Assembly (NCBI GenBank): GCA_039208735.1
Contig: JBCCQY010000067.1
Span: forward strand, 1-43,997
DNA from: Myxococcota bacterium
GTDB lineage: Bacteria; Myxococcota_A; UBA796; GCA-2862545
Reading direction: 5' to 3'
Length of the DNA stretch: 43,997 bases
This document shows, one piece after another, positions 10,325 through 19,545 of the stretch (position 1 is the first letter of the stretch; the number at the start of each line of letters is the position of its first letter). Both the position numbers and the translations under genes were made by a program. The notes under the pieces are model-generated. The model was not told where the DNA came from, made no database searches, and saw only the letters and a program-made list of their open reading frames with translations.

Positions 10325-11595
10325 CCTGGACTCGCCGACAGGCACTGCGTACTGCTGCTTCCACCCTCTGGTTGCCCTTCCTGCCCTCGATTTTGCCCCG
10401 GGAGGCGCGCGCCGCCACCGGCGAGGCGCCGCGTCGACTCATCGTTTGGTTCCTGCCTCACGGCATGCAACACGTGCATGTTGCTCCCGAGGGGGGAGCC
10501 CTCGAAACCACGACGGTCACGGAGCCCATTGCGACCCTGCCGGGTCGCATCAGCGTGGTCACCAACCTCAACAATTCGTCGGGTGGGGGAAGCCACGGCC
10601 GTAGCACGGCCTCCCTCCTCACCGATATTCCAGGTCCCTACGGAGTTGCCGAAGCTGGCATCAGTGTCGATCAGCTTGCGGCGGGCGAGTACGCCTTGGA
10701 CGTTCCGTTTCCTTCGATTCAGTTGGGTACGGAGGCACCGGGCCTCTTCGGCTCATCGGGCGAAGGGATCTTGGTGAGCCGGATTTCCTGGGCCAATGCC
10801 ACCACTCCACTCGCGCCCATTACCAGCCCACAAGCTGCCTTTGACCAGCTCTTCGAGGGGCAAGACAACTCCCTATCGGAATCCGAGGCCGCCCGTCGAC
10901 GCGCCCTTCGCCACTCCGTGCTCGACGCCGTCAAGGACCGCATCAGCTCGCTTGAACCCAAGCTCTCGACGCCGGATCGGCACCGACTCGATCAGTACAC
11001 CACGGGGATTCGCGAACTCGAGCGGCGCATCGATGGCCTTGGGGAACTGCAGTGCGAACCGCCGATTCGCCCTGGGTTGAACCCCAACTACGTCGAAACC
11101 GTCGAGTTGATGGCCGAGCTGCAGTACATCGCCATGTCGTGTGACCTCACGCGCGTCGCGACCTTCATGTACGGGCCGAGCGCCTCTGACATCACCCTCC
11201 CCGATCTAAGCATCAACCAGGGGTCCCATCAGCTTTCGCACGCCTGGAGCTACGACGATGGGGCGAACGGGGACTTCCAGGCCATGAACCAGTGGCATGT
11301 CGCGCAGTTCGTGGCCTTCTGCGAGCGACTGGCCGAGCATGAAGACCAAGACGGTACCGACATGCTGGCGAACACCGCGGTAGTGCTGGGCAGCGAGTTC
11401 AGCGACGCCTCGGCGCACACCTCCGACCAACTGTGCATGTTGGTCGCGGGTGGCGAAGCGGGCGGATTCCGGCCGGGTCGCCATGTGAACGGGGGCGGTC
11501 AGCCACATGCGAACCTGCTTCGCAGCCTGCTCACCCACATGAACGTGAACTGGTCGGGCTTTGGCCAGAACGGGACGGGCGTTCTCGGCCTGTAG
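10321..11595 (+). CDS. DUF1552 (HxxSHH-type) Tat-exported protein
   Basis: Tat-like TRRQALR..LPFL, ISVDQ, SVLD, DRHRLDQY..IRELE, CDLTRVAT, HQLSH; ATGA-coupled to the DUF1592 gene, its usual partner. Confidence 0.88.
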   Translation: MTWTRRQALRTAASTLWLPFLPSILPREARAATGEAPRRLIVWFLPHGMQHVHVAPEGGALETTTVTEPIATLPGRISVVTNLNNSSGGGSHGRSTASLLTDIPGPYGVAEAGISVDQLAAGEYALDVPFPSIQLGTEAPGLFGSSGEGILVSRISWANATTPLAPITSPQAAFDQLFEGQDNSLSESEAARRRALRHSVLDAVKDRISSLEPKLSTPDRHRLDQYTTGIRELERRIDGLGELQCEPPIRPGLNPNYVETVELMAELQYIAMSCDLTRVATFMYGPSASDITLPDLSINQGSHQLSHAWSYDDGANGDFQAMNQWHVAQFVAFCERLAEHEDQDGTDMLANTAVVLGSEFSDASAHTSDQLCMLVAGGEAGGFRPGRHVNGGGQPHANLLRSLLTHMNVNWSGFGQNGTGVLGL

Positions 11596-11600
11596 CGAGC

Positions 11601-12098
11601 CTACGCCTGTCGTTGCCGGATGAGGTCCAGCGCGACCTCATTCGAGCGCTGCATTGACTTTTCGAACTCGGCCACGACGGCCTTTTCGATTTGTCCGCCG
11701 ACGAGTGGGACCTTGACAGTGATCTCGCCGTCAACTACGCGCTTGCAGCCATCGCCATCGGGCACGCAGGTGGTGACCCCCTTGACGGTCACTCGGTCAC
11801 CGATGCCATCGAGTTCAACCGACCATTCCATTCGTCCGCTCGCACGATCAAAGCGGTTTTCTTGAACGTACGAAAGCTTCTTCGTGCCGATGGCCGAGGC
11901 GACCATGCCCGGAAGCTCCCGGTCGGGCTCGGTGCGAATGCGCCGGATTTCGATGTTGCCCTCGGTTCGCGTTTCGAGGATTTCCTGCTTGATGTTCGTT
12001 TGCTCGCGCAGACGCTCCTTGTACTCATCGGACTCGAACACCTCCCATGCCTCCTTAGCAGAGGTGGGCAGGTGGTTCTCGACGTGGAGCTTCTTCAT
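11601..12098 (-). CDS. DUF2505 / SRPBCC-like protein
   Basis: 165 aa from MKKLHVENHL with C-terminal GEITVKVPLVGGQIEK; GGAG RBS; ATGA overlap with the upstream methyltransferase. Confidence 0.8.
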   Translation of the reverse strand: MKKLHVENHLPTSAKEAWEVFESDEYKERLREQTNIKQEILETRTEGNIEIRRIRTEPDRELPGMVASAIGTKKLSYVQENRFDRASGRMEWSVELDGIGDRVTVKGVTTCVPDGDGCKRVVDGEITVKVPLVGGQIEKAVVAEFEKSMQRSNEVALDLIRQRQA

Positions 12099-12712
12099 GT
12101 CGTCTCCGATTCGGTAGGGTCGGCCTTCGCATCGGGCTCGGGCGTATCGTCGGGCGTGGCCGGGTCGTCGATCACACCCGGTTGACGCGCCAGGACCGCC
12201 GTAAACCCGGACTCTTCCATCGCTGTGAACTCCTCGACGATGAGTTCGCCGCGCAGCTCGGCCATCAACGAACGGGGATTGCTGATCGAGTGCATCAGGG
12301 TGGTGTAGAACCAACCTCCCGGGCGAACCCAGTCCTGAGCACACTGCAGGGCGCGAGCTGGGGCATGGGTCTCGCTCGCGGTCGAACCCACCATCGTCAC
12401 GAGGTCAAAGGGGCCAAGCGACGCTTGCATAAGGTCGCCGTGCACAACCACCGACGGATTTGGATGCTCGTGCCGCCGCTGCCGCTCGCGGAACGCAGCC
12501 ACCACCGTGTGATCGATGTCGACGCTCGTGAGCTTGGCGTGCCCGGTGAGGTGGTGCCCGAGCCAGTCATCGAACTCACCCACCCCAATACCGACGTTGC
12601 AGGAGGCTTTCACTTGGGTCAGATCGAGGTGCTGACGCAGAAAGTACCGCGTCCAGCAGTCCAGGTAGAGTCGTTCGGGCGACAGAAAGTAGCGTTGGTA
12701 AACGGAAGTCAC
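12095..12712 (-). CDS. Class I SAM-dependent methyltransferase
   Basis: Motif I NVGIGVG, acidic SVDID, HGDL, PFDLV, VRPGG. Confidence 0.8.
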   Translation of the reverse strand: MTSVYQRYFLSPERLYLDCWTRYFLRQHLDLTQVKASCNVGIGVGEFDDWLGHHLTGHAKLTSVDIDHTVVAAFRERQRRHEHPNPSVVVHGDLMQASLGPFDLVTMVGSTASETHAPARALQCAQDWVRPGGWFYTTLMHSISNPRSLMAELRGELIVEEFTAMEESGFTAVLARQPGVIDDPATPDDTPEPDAKADPTESETT

Positions 12713-12812
12713 GCCACTCTTCTACCCGAATCCGGGACCTTTGTTCGGCGCCCGATGAATCTCCGTCCTTCCCCCTCCGCTTCCCGGACGGGCGAATTCC
12801 GATCAGCACGAC

Positions 12813-14318
12813 TCAAGGTACGGCTTCGGTCAGCTGGCCCTGAAGGCGAAGGAGTTGCGCCTGGGCAAGGCGGTAGTCGGTGCGAGCCTTCGCCGCGTCG
12901 GCCTTGGCCCGATCCAACTCGGTTCGGGCTTCGAGCACGTCCTTACGAAGGTTGCGACCCGCATCATCGAGGGCTTCCTCTGCGGCGAGCGTCTCGATGG
13001 CCAACTGCAGGTTCGCATCCGCCAGTTCGGTCTGCAGGCGCGCCGACCGCAATGCGAGCACCTGCTCTTCAACGTCGGCGGCAACCTGCCGCACCTGTGC
13101 CTCGAGTTCTTCCTCGCGCTGCACCCGCCGAGCCTCAGCCTCGATCTGCTGGCCGCGAGCCGCCCGGTTGCCGATGGGCACCGTGAAGTTGCCCGAGACT
13201 TCCCAGAACGGCTGCCGATCGTCCTCGAACAGCCCCCCAAACGTGCTCGCAGCGTTGCCCACTCCACAGTCTCCGGGCCCCAGGCCCTCGGGGCATCGCT
13301 GGCTTCCCACGCCCGTCGTGGCGGTGGCCGACAGTGACGGGAGCCGACCGTGCTTCGCAAAGGACAACGCGAGGTCGGCTTGATCGAGATTCATCTCGGC
13401 AAGTCGAAGATCCAGGTTCTGGGCCATGGCGACGTCGATAGCCTGCTCGGCGTCCAGATCGACCAGATCCGGCACCTCACCGGGCGGGGTGGCGGGCAGC
13501 ACTCGCTCATCTGGCGACTGCCCCATGACCATCAGCACTGCATTCGCCGCGCGTTCCGCCACGTTTTCCGCCTCGATGGCCGCCTGCTTGGCTTGAACGA
13601 GCGCAGCCTCGAGTCGAGTAGCTTCCACACGTGCCAACTGACCACTTTCAACCTGAAGTTTTCCAACCCTCAGGCCTTCTTCGGCCACCGAAACACTCTC
13701 GAGGCTGATCTCCCACAGTTGCCATTGGTACACCCAGTTCCAGTAGGCTTCGGCGGCCTGGTAAAGCGCCTCCTGCCGCCGCTTCTCCAGTTCGAGTTCC
13801 GCGATGTCCAACGCGTTCTGCGCCTGAGTGACGTTTTGAACGTTGTACCGGAACCAGACCCCCTTCAACAGCTGCTGGGTGATGCTGAGGTTGCCGCGGG
13901 TGGTATAAGTCTCGAGGTTGCCCCGCTGATCGGCCCCGTCGCCAAAGAACTCGATGCTGTTGTTGTCGGTGTTCAGCGACGCCGAAACCTCGGTCCCCGT
14001 AGGCAGCGTCGAAGACAACGACTGCCCGACGCTCCATGTGTCGGTCTCGGTGATGAACGCGATGTCGGTCCCGTTGATGAACCCCTGGACCCGGCTTCGG
14101 CCTCGGCTCACATCGAACGAATACCTGGGGTCGAACTGACCTCGACTCCCGGTAAGGGTGCCCTCGGCCTGGTCGCGACTCGTGCGGGCCTGGGTCACCG
14201 TCATGTTGTTGATGACCGAGAGCTGAAGGGCCTCACGGTACGTCACGGCCCGAGACTCCCGTGGGGCTGTGTCCTGCGCAAACGCCGCGGCGAAGACCAA
14301 ACCAAGTACGGAGATCAT
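12813..14318 (-). CDS. TolC-family outer-membrane efflux protein
   Basis: Signal peptide; two OEP repeats (GQFDP.., SITQQLLKG, AEAYW, GRLPSL, FTVPIGNR); ATGA-coupled to RND permease 2. Confidence 0.9.
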   Translation of the reverse strand: MISVLGLVFAAAFAQDTAPRESRAVTYREALQLSVINNMTVTQARTSRDQAEGTLTGSRGQFDPRYSFDVSRGRSRVQGFINGTDIAFITETDTWSVGQSLSSTLPTGTEVSASLNTDNNSIEFFGDGADQRGNLETYTTRGNLSITQQLLKGVWFRYNVQNVTQAQNALDIAELELEKRRQEALYQAAEAYWNWVYQWQLWEISLESVSVAEEGLRVGKLQVESGQLARVEATRLEAALVQAKQAAIEAENVAERAANAVLMVMGQSPDERVLPATPPGEVPDLVDLDAEQAIDVAMAQNLDLRLAEMNLDQADLALSFAKHGRLPSLSATATTGVGSQRCPEGLGPGDCGVGNAASTFGGLFEDDRQPFWEVSGNFTVPIGNRAARGQQIEAEARRVQREEELEAQVRQVAADVEEQVLALRSARLQTELADANLQLAIETLAAEEALDDAGRNLRKDVLEARTELDRAKADAAKARTDYRLAQAQLLRLQGQLTEAVP

Positions 14319-17300
14319 GTGCGATTCCTAGAGACAAGCCAGCCAAACCATCTGGTGCCGTCATGTCGGATGTCGTCGAGCGCCGCGTAGAGGAAGGGCA
14401 CAAACAACAAGGTGAGCAACGTGCCCGCAATCAGCCCCCCAATGACGGTGCGGCCGAGGGGCGCATACGGAATGCCAATGAACGACGAGCTGCCAAACGC
14501 CATTGGCAGCAACCCAAAGATCGTCGTGAATGCCGTCATCAAGATCGGACGGAGACGCTGGCGCCCCGCGGTGACAATGGCTTCGGTCCGATCCATGCCT
14601 TCGTCTCGGAGCTGCGTGATCAAGTCGACGAGCACGATGCCATTGTTCACGATCACGCCAACCAGCAGCACCAGGCCCACGAATGCCATGAAGTCGAGGT
14701 CTGTGCCGGTCAAATACAACATCCATGCCGCACCGAGTCCCGCCATGGGAATGGTGGTCACGATCGACCAAGGCAAGAAGAAACTCTCGAAGAGAATGCC
14801 GATCAGCAGGAACACAAACACGACCGACAATCCCAACGCCAGGAGCATGGCGTCGTCTTCGACCCCGCGCTGCTGGAAACTCGCGCCCATCTCCCAGCCG
14901 TAGCCGCGGGGGAATGCCATGTCGCGCAACGCGAGGTGGAGCCCTGTCCCCACCTCACCGGCATTGACGCCTTCGGCCAAGTCGAGCGTGACGCCAAGGG
15001 TGGTGCGCTGATTCAGGCGCGAAATGCGGCTTGGGCCTCGGCCATAGCGTACATCGGTGACGGCCCGCATCGGCACAAGCTGCTGCTCCACCGGAGACCA
15101 GAGTTCGAAACTCCGAATCGCGTCGAGGCTGGAGCGGTCGGCGAGCGAGAACCCTGACGTCACATCCACTTCGCGCTCGCCCTCGACGATCTCCGGCAAC
15201 GAGGTGCCGCGCATGGCGTACGCCACGGTGGTTCCGATCGAGGTCGCCGACACGCCGTAGCGATTGGCCGCCTGGCGATCCACGACGAGCTGGATTTCCT
15301 GGGCCCCATCGGTCTCAACGTCGAGTTCGACGCCCATCACTCCCGGTACCGAACGCACCCGCCGCGCCACCTCTTCGGCCAGTTCGCGCAGCACCCCAAC
15401 GTCCTCTCCGTTGACGGAGAGATTGAGCTGATTGGCCGCCTCTTGCTCAAAGCCACCTTCCCAGCCTATTCGAACCTCCACCCCAGCCAGCTCAGTCGGG
15501 AACGTTCCCTGAGCCATCGCCATCACCTCTTCGCGGCTGGGCCCGTCTTCTTCGAGGTGAATGAAGATCCGGCCTTGCATGCTGCCCGACATGAGGCGCG
15601 AACGGTACACACGCACGCCCCATTCCTCGCGATGCGCCTCGACCGTCTCCTCCATCTGCCGGACGATGGCATCGCGCTCCTTGAGGTCGGCCTGTTCGGG
15701 CACGGTGAAGCGGACCACAAAGTCGTTGAGGTTGCTCTCGGCCTCCGGGTTGCACTGGATCCCGGGCACCGCCACCATGAGGGTGAGCAACATGCCGCCG
15801 ATCATCAAGAGCTGTCCATCCGGCCGACGGCGGAGGCTAAAACGCAGGATGTGCTCGTACACCCGAGACAGGCGCAAAAGCCAACCCGGATCTTCTTTGA
15901 CCTGCGCCTCGCCGATGTAGCGCGTGGCCAAGGGCGCGAAGAATAGCGCCACCACAAGGCTCGCGGCGAGAGCGAAGATGACCGGAACCCCGATCGCCTC
16001 AAGAAAGAACGCGATTCGTGCATCCTCGGACATCAAAATGACAGGCAAAAACACGATCATTGTTGTGATCGTGGACACGAGGATCGCGAGGTTGACCTCG
16101 GCCGTCCCGCGAACCGCAGCTTCTCGCGGCGGATCTCCGCGTCCACGGCGTCGGTAAATCGTTTCGACCACCACGATCGCGTTGTCGACCACCATTCCGA
16201 CGGCAAGCATCAGGCCCATCATCGAGAGCAAATTGAGGCTTCCGCCAGTGAAGTAGAGCAGTCCCAGCGTGATGAGGATCGAAAAGGGAATCGACGCCGC
16301 GATCAGAACCGTCATTCGCCATTCGCGGAGGAACATCCAAAGGATGAGCACAGCAAAGAGCCCTCCAAAGAGGGCTGCGTTGACGAGTGTCTGCAAGCTT
16401 TGGGCGATCAGATCGCCTTGATTGAAGAAGACGAAGAAGTTGGCCCCGTCCGTACGGGGATCGCCGGACAGGTTGTCGAACACGGCCTGGATTCGTTCGG
16501 CAACGTCGATCGTGTTGGCCGCAGAGTCCTTGCGAACGGCCACCGCGGCAGCCTCTTTGCCGTCAATGCGCCGAATGTGACTCGATAGCGCGGCCCCGTA
16601 CCGGATGTCGGCGATGTCGGAGAGCACAAGATCGTCTCTTACCGGAAAAGAGCTTAGATCCTCAATGCCCTGAAACGGCGAGAGCGCCCGAGCGTGGAAC
16701 ATCTGTCCGCGGTCCTGGATCTTGCCCGACGACATCTGGAAGTTGTCGGTTTGGATGCGGCGCTGGACTTCACCGAGGTTGATTCCGTGCGAATAAAGCC
16801 GGTCCTTGTCGTATTCGACGAGCACGCTGAGCTGGGGCACTCCCCACACGTCGAGCGCCGCGACGCCAGGCACCCGCTCGATGGCTGGCTGCACCACTCG
16901 CGTCATCACATGGTAGGGATCTACGGTGTCTTCCGGAAACGATGCCCCGACGAGGACGATGGGTTCGTCCGCCGGGTTGTAGCGGAACACCCCATAGCGC
17001 TCGACATCCTCGGGAAGGTCCGGCAACGCGCGTTCGAGCCGGTCCACGACCGAGTTGTAGGCCTCGTCCATGTCGACCGACGAATGGAACTCGAGGGTGA
17101 ACTGCGCGGAGCCCGACGAAGCCCGCGAAATCATCTGCTTGACGCCGCTCACCGTGCCGAACTGGGTCTCGATGGGCCGCACGATTCGATCGTCGACCTC
17201 GATGGGAGCGGCGTTCGGGTAAGGCACCCATACCCACAAAAACCTGGGTTCAATGCCCGACGGCAGCAGCTGGACGGGCAATCGTGCATAGGCGACGAAG

Positions 17301-17386
17301 CCAAGCACCATGGCTGCAATGAAGAGCATCAGGATCGAGACGGGCCGGTCCCAGGCGAGGGCCGGGAGTCGCTCACGCAGATTCAT
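14315..17386 (-). CDS. RND efflux permease (AcrB/MdtC-like), subunit 2
   Basis: RLPVQLLP, GMVVDNAIVVVE, IVNNGIVLVD, RLRPILMT, PLGRTVIGGL; 1023 aa with the typical two-repeat layout. Confidence 0.95.
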   Translation of the reverse strand: MNLRERLPALAWDRPVSILMLFIAAMVLGFVAYARLPVQLLPSGIEPRFLWVWVPYPNAAPIEVDDRIVRPIETQFGTVSGVKQMISRASSGSAQFTLEFHSSVDMDEAYNSVVDRLERALPDLPEDVERYGVFRYNPADEPIVLVGASFPEDTVDPYHVMTRVVQPAIERVPGVAALDVWGVPQLSVLVEYDKDRLYSHGINLGEVQRRIQTDNFQMSSGKIQDRGQMFHARALSPFQGIEDLSSFPVRDDLVLSDIADIRYGAALSSHIRRIDGKEAAAVAVRKDSAANTIDVAERIQAVFDNLSGDPRTDGANFFVFFNQGDLIAQSLQTLVNAALFGGLFAVLILWMFLREWRMTVLIAASIPFSILITLGLLYFTGGSLNLLSMMGLMLAVGMVVDNAIVVVETIYRRRGRGDPPREAAVRGTAEVNLAILVSTITTMIVFLPVILMSEDARIAFFLEAIGVPVIFALAASLVVALFFAPLATRYIGEAQVKEDPGWLLRLSRVYEHILRFSLRRRPDGQLLMIGGMLLTLMVAVPGIQCNPEAESNLNDFVVRFTVPEQADLKERDAIVRQMEETVEAHREEWGVRVYRSRLMSGSMQGRIFIHLEEDGPSREEVMAMAQGTFPTELAGVEVRIGWEGGFEQEAANQLNLSVNGEDVGVLRELAEEVARRVRSVPGVMGVELDVETDGAQEIQLVVDRQAANRYGVSATSIGTTVAYAMRGTSLPEIVEGEREVDVTSGFSLADRSSLDAIRSFELWSPVEQQLVPMRAVTDVRYGRGPSRISRLNQRTTLGVTLDLAEGVNAGEVGTGLHLALRDMAFPRGYGWEMGASFQQRGVEDDAMLLALGLSVVFVFLLIGILFESFFLPWSIVTTIPMAGLGAAWMLYLTGTDLDFMAFVGLVLLVGVIVNNGIVLVDLITQLRDEGMDRTEAIVTAGRQRLRPILMTAFTTIFGLLPMAFGSSSFIGIPYAPLGRTVIGGLIAGTLLTLLFVPFLYAALDDIRHDGTRWFGWLVSRNRT

Positions 17387-17500
17387 GTCGCGGCATGTAG
17401 CGAATGACCGGGAAGGCCGCCCGACTCGCTTCCAGGACGTGACAAAGATCCCCCCGAATCCAACTTTCTCAACCGGCTCGGGCGTGGGTTAACGGCCCCA

Positions 17501-18370
17501 ATGGCAACGGAAACCCACACCCTGCCGGCGCAGAAACCCGAACGGCTCACCGATGGCCTGTCTGGATTCGAACGCTTTGCAGTCGCGTCGATCACGGCCC
17601 TCAACCACAATCCCGTCACCAAGTACCTCTCGTACCTGTTCACCCGGTACGTCAGCCAGCGGTGGATCTTGCTTGTGGTCGGGCGGCGACTTCAGGTGAC
17701 GGGAGGCGAGCACGTCGCAAAGCTGCCTTCGGACGCACGCATTCTGATCGTAGCGAACCACCGGACGTTGTGGGATCTCTACGTGGCGCTGTCGGTGTGG
17801 CTGACGCTGAACGATCGGGCCTGGCGGATGTATTTTCCGGTCAAGCGCACCTTCTTCTACACGCACCCCGTGGGTTGGCTCGTCAACCTTGGGATCAGCG
17901 CAGGAGGCATGTGGCCGCCGATGAGCCCGACGCTGGACCGACGGGGACGAACCGCAGCCGGCCTCGCCGAGCTGTCGCGACTGCTCTCCGAGCCCAGCAC
18001 CATCGTTGGCATTCACCCGGAAGGCACCCGCAACAAGAGCCCGGATCCTTTGAACTTTCTGAATGCCAAGGGGGGCGTGGGTCGGCTTGTCAAAGAGTGC
18101 GATCCTGACGTGTTGGTGCTGCCCTTCTACATGGATGGGCTGTCGGACAGCCTGAAGCTCGAGTTCCAGCGTGGCTTTTCCGCACCCGGGCCCGGACGCG
18201 AACCGCCGCTCCGCTTGGTGTACGGCGAACCCTTCCGCGCAGGCGATCTCGATCGCGAATCGTCTCCCAAGGAGATTGCCCGCGACCTTCTCGGCCGGGT
18301 GCATGCCCTCGGCTCGAGCCTGCCTCCCGCTCAGCGCGATGCGACCGCCTGGCCGGCCACGAAGACCTGA
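17501..18370 (+). CDS. Lysophospholipid acyltransferase (PlsC-like)
   Basis: NHxxxxD motif (ANHRTLWD) and HPEGTR. Confidence 0.88.
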   Translation: MATETHTLPAQKPERLTDGLSGFERFAVASITALNHNPVTKYLSYLFTRYVSQRWILLVVGRRLQVTGGEHVAKLPSDARILIVANHRTLWDLYVALSVWLTLNDRAWRMYFPVKRTFFYTHPVGWLVNLGISAGGMWPPMSPTLDRRGRTAAGLAELSRLLSEPSTIVGIHPEGTRNKSPDPLNFLNAKGGVGRLVKECDPDVLVLPFYMDGLSDSLKLEFQRGFSAPGPGREPPLRLVYGEPFRAGDLDRESSPKEIARDLLGRVHALGSSLPPAQRDATAWPATKT

Positions 18371-19545
18371 CGCACGGGCCGAGCGTCGTGGTTGAACACG
18401 ACGTGCTGCATCACTGCCTGGGCATCCTGAGCCTCCTTGGGCACGGCAAGCGCGACCATGTCGGCATCGAGCCCCGGTTCCAGGCCCCCCGTTTCGTGAG
18501 CCCCCAACGCCTGGGCGGCCCCTCGCGTGGCCCACCACCACAACTCCGCCAGCGTGAGGTCGAGCCCTTGCCGACGCGCGTTGTCGAAGGCGTAGGACAT
18601 CGTGCGGTAGACGGCGAACGACCGTCCCGCACCAATGTCCGTCCCTAGCGTGAGGGGGATTTGGCGCGATCGCGCAGCGTCGACCGGCATGCCACCACTA
18701 CCCAGAAAGTCGTTGCTATCTGGACAGTGCGCAACGGTGGCCCCGGCTAAGGCCATGCGGTCCCACTCGCCCGGCGTGAGATGGATGCAGTGGGCAAACA
18801 CCGATTTGTCGCTGACCAGACCCGCATCCTCATAGACCTGCAGATAGTCGGCCGTGCCAAAGCGCTCACGAGCCAGGCGGCATTCCGCCACCGTCTCCGC
18901 CAGATGGGTGCTGATCGGCAAGTCGAGTTCCCGGGCCAGCTGTCCAGCCCGCTGAAGACCCTCGGGGCTGCTCGTCAGCGCAAACCTTGGAATGACCGCC
19001 ACTTGGAGGCGAGGTCCGTGCCAACGCTCGACCAACTGCCGAACGCCGTCTTCCGAGGCCCCAGGGTCGAGGCGGAGCGCCTGCGGGCAATCGCGGTCCA
19101 TCCACACCGGACCCGCGATGCCCTTGAGTCCACGACGATCGAGCGCAGCCAAGACTGCATCGGTCGCATGGGGGTGAACCGAACCGTAGACGAACGACAA
19201 GGTCGTGCCCGCCGCCACGAGCCGGTCCGCAAAGGCCTCGGCCACCCGTACCGCGTGGCCAACATCGGCGAACTCGGTTTCGGCCGGAAACACGGAGTTG
19301 GCAAGCCAGGGCAACAGGGGCCCCGATGCCGACCCGACGATGTGGGTTTGCGGAGCGTGGAGATGGGTGTCGATGAAGCCAGGGGCCAACACGAGGGGCC
19401 GGAGGTCCTGGGCGACCGAGGTGCCATCCGGTTCACCGATGGTCGCAATACGACCTTCCGCATCGACGGTGACGATGGCATCGTCGTAGTACTGAACCTC
19501 GACCGGCGAACGAGGTCGCAGCAGCCGAGCCCGCAGGCGCTTCAC
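18331..19545 (-). CDS. guaD: Guanine deaminase (amidohydrolase)
   Basis: PGFIDTHLHAPQ, LLPWL...FPAE, IPRFA, THLAE, AHCIHL, HCPDSN.FLGSG, GTDIGAG; GTG start overlapping the upstream TGA. Confidence 0.88.
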   Translation of the reverse strand: MKRLRARLLRPRSPVEVQYYDDAIVTVDAEGRIATIGEPDGTSVAQDLRPLVLAPGFIDTHLHAPQTHIVGSASGPLLPWLANSVFPAETEFADVGHAVRVAEAFADRLVAAGTTLSFVYGSVHPHATDAVLAALDRRGLKGIAGPVWMDRDCPQALRLDPGASEDGVRQLVERWHGPRLQVAVIPRFALTSSPEGLQRAGQLARELDLPISTHLAETVAECRLARERFGTADYLQVYEDAGLVSDKSVFAHCIHLTPGEWDRMALAGATVAHCPDSNDFLGSGGMPVDAARSRQIPLTLGTDIGAGRSFAVYRTMSYAFDNARRQGLDLTLAELWWWATRGAAQALGAHETGGLEPGLDADMVALAVPKEAQDAQAVMQHVVFNHDARPVRQVFVAGQAVASR

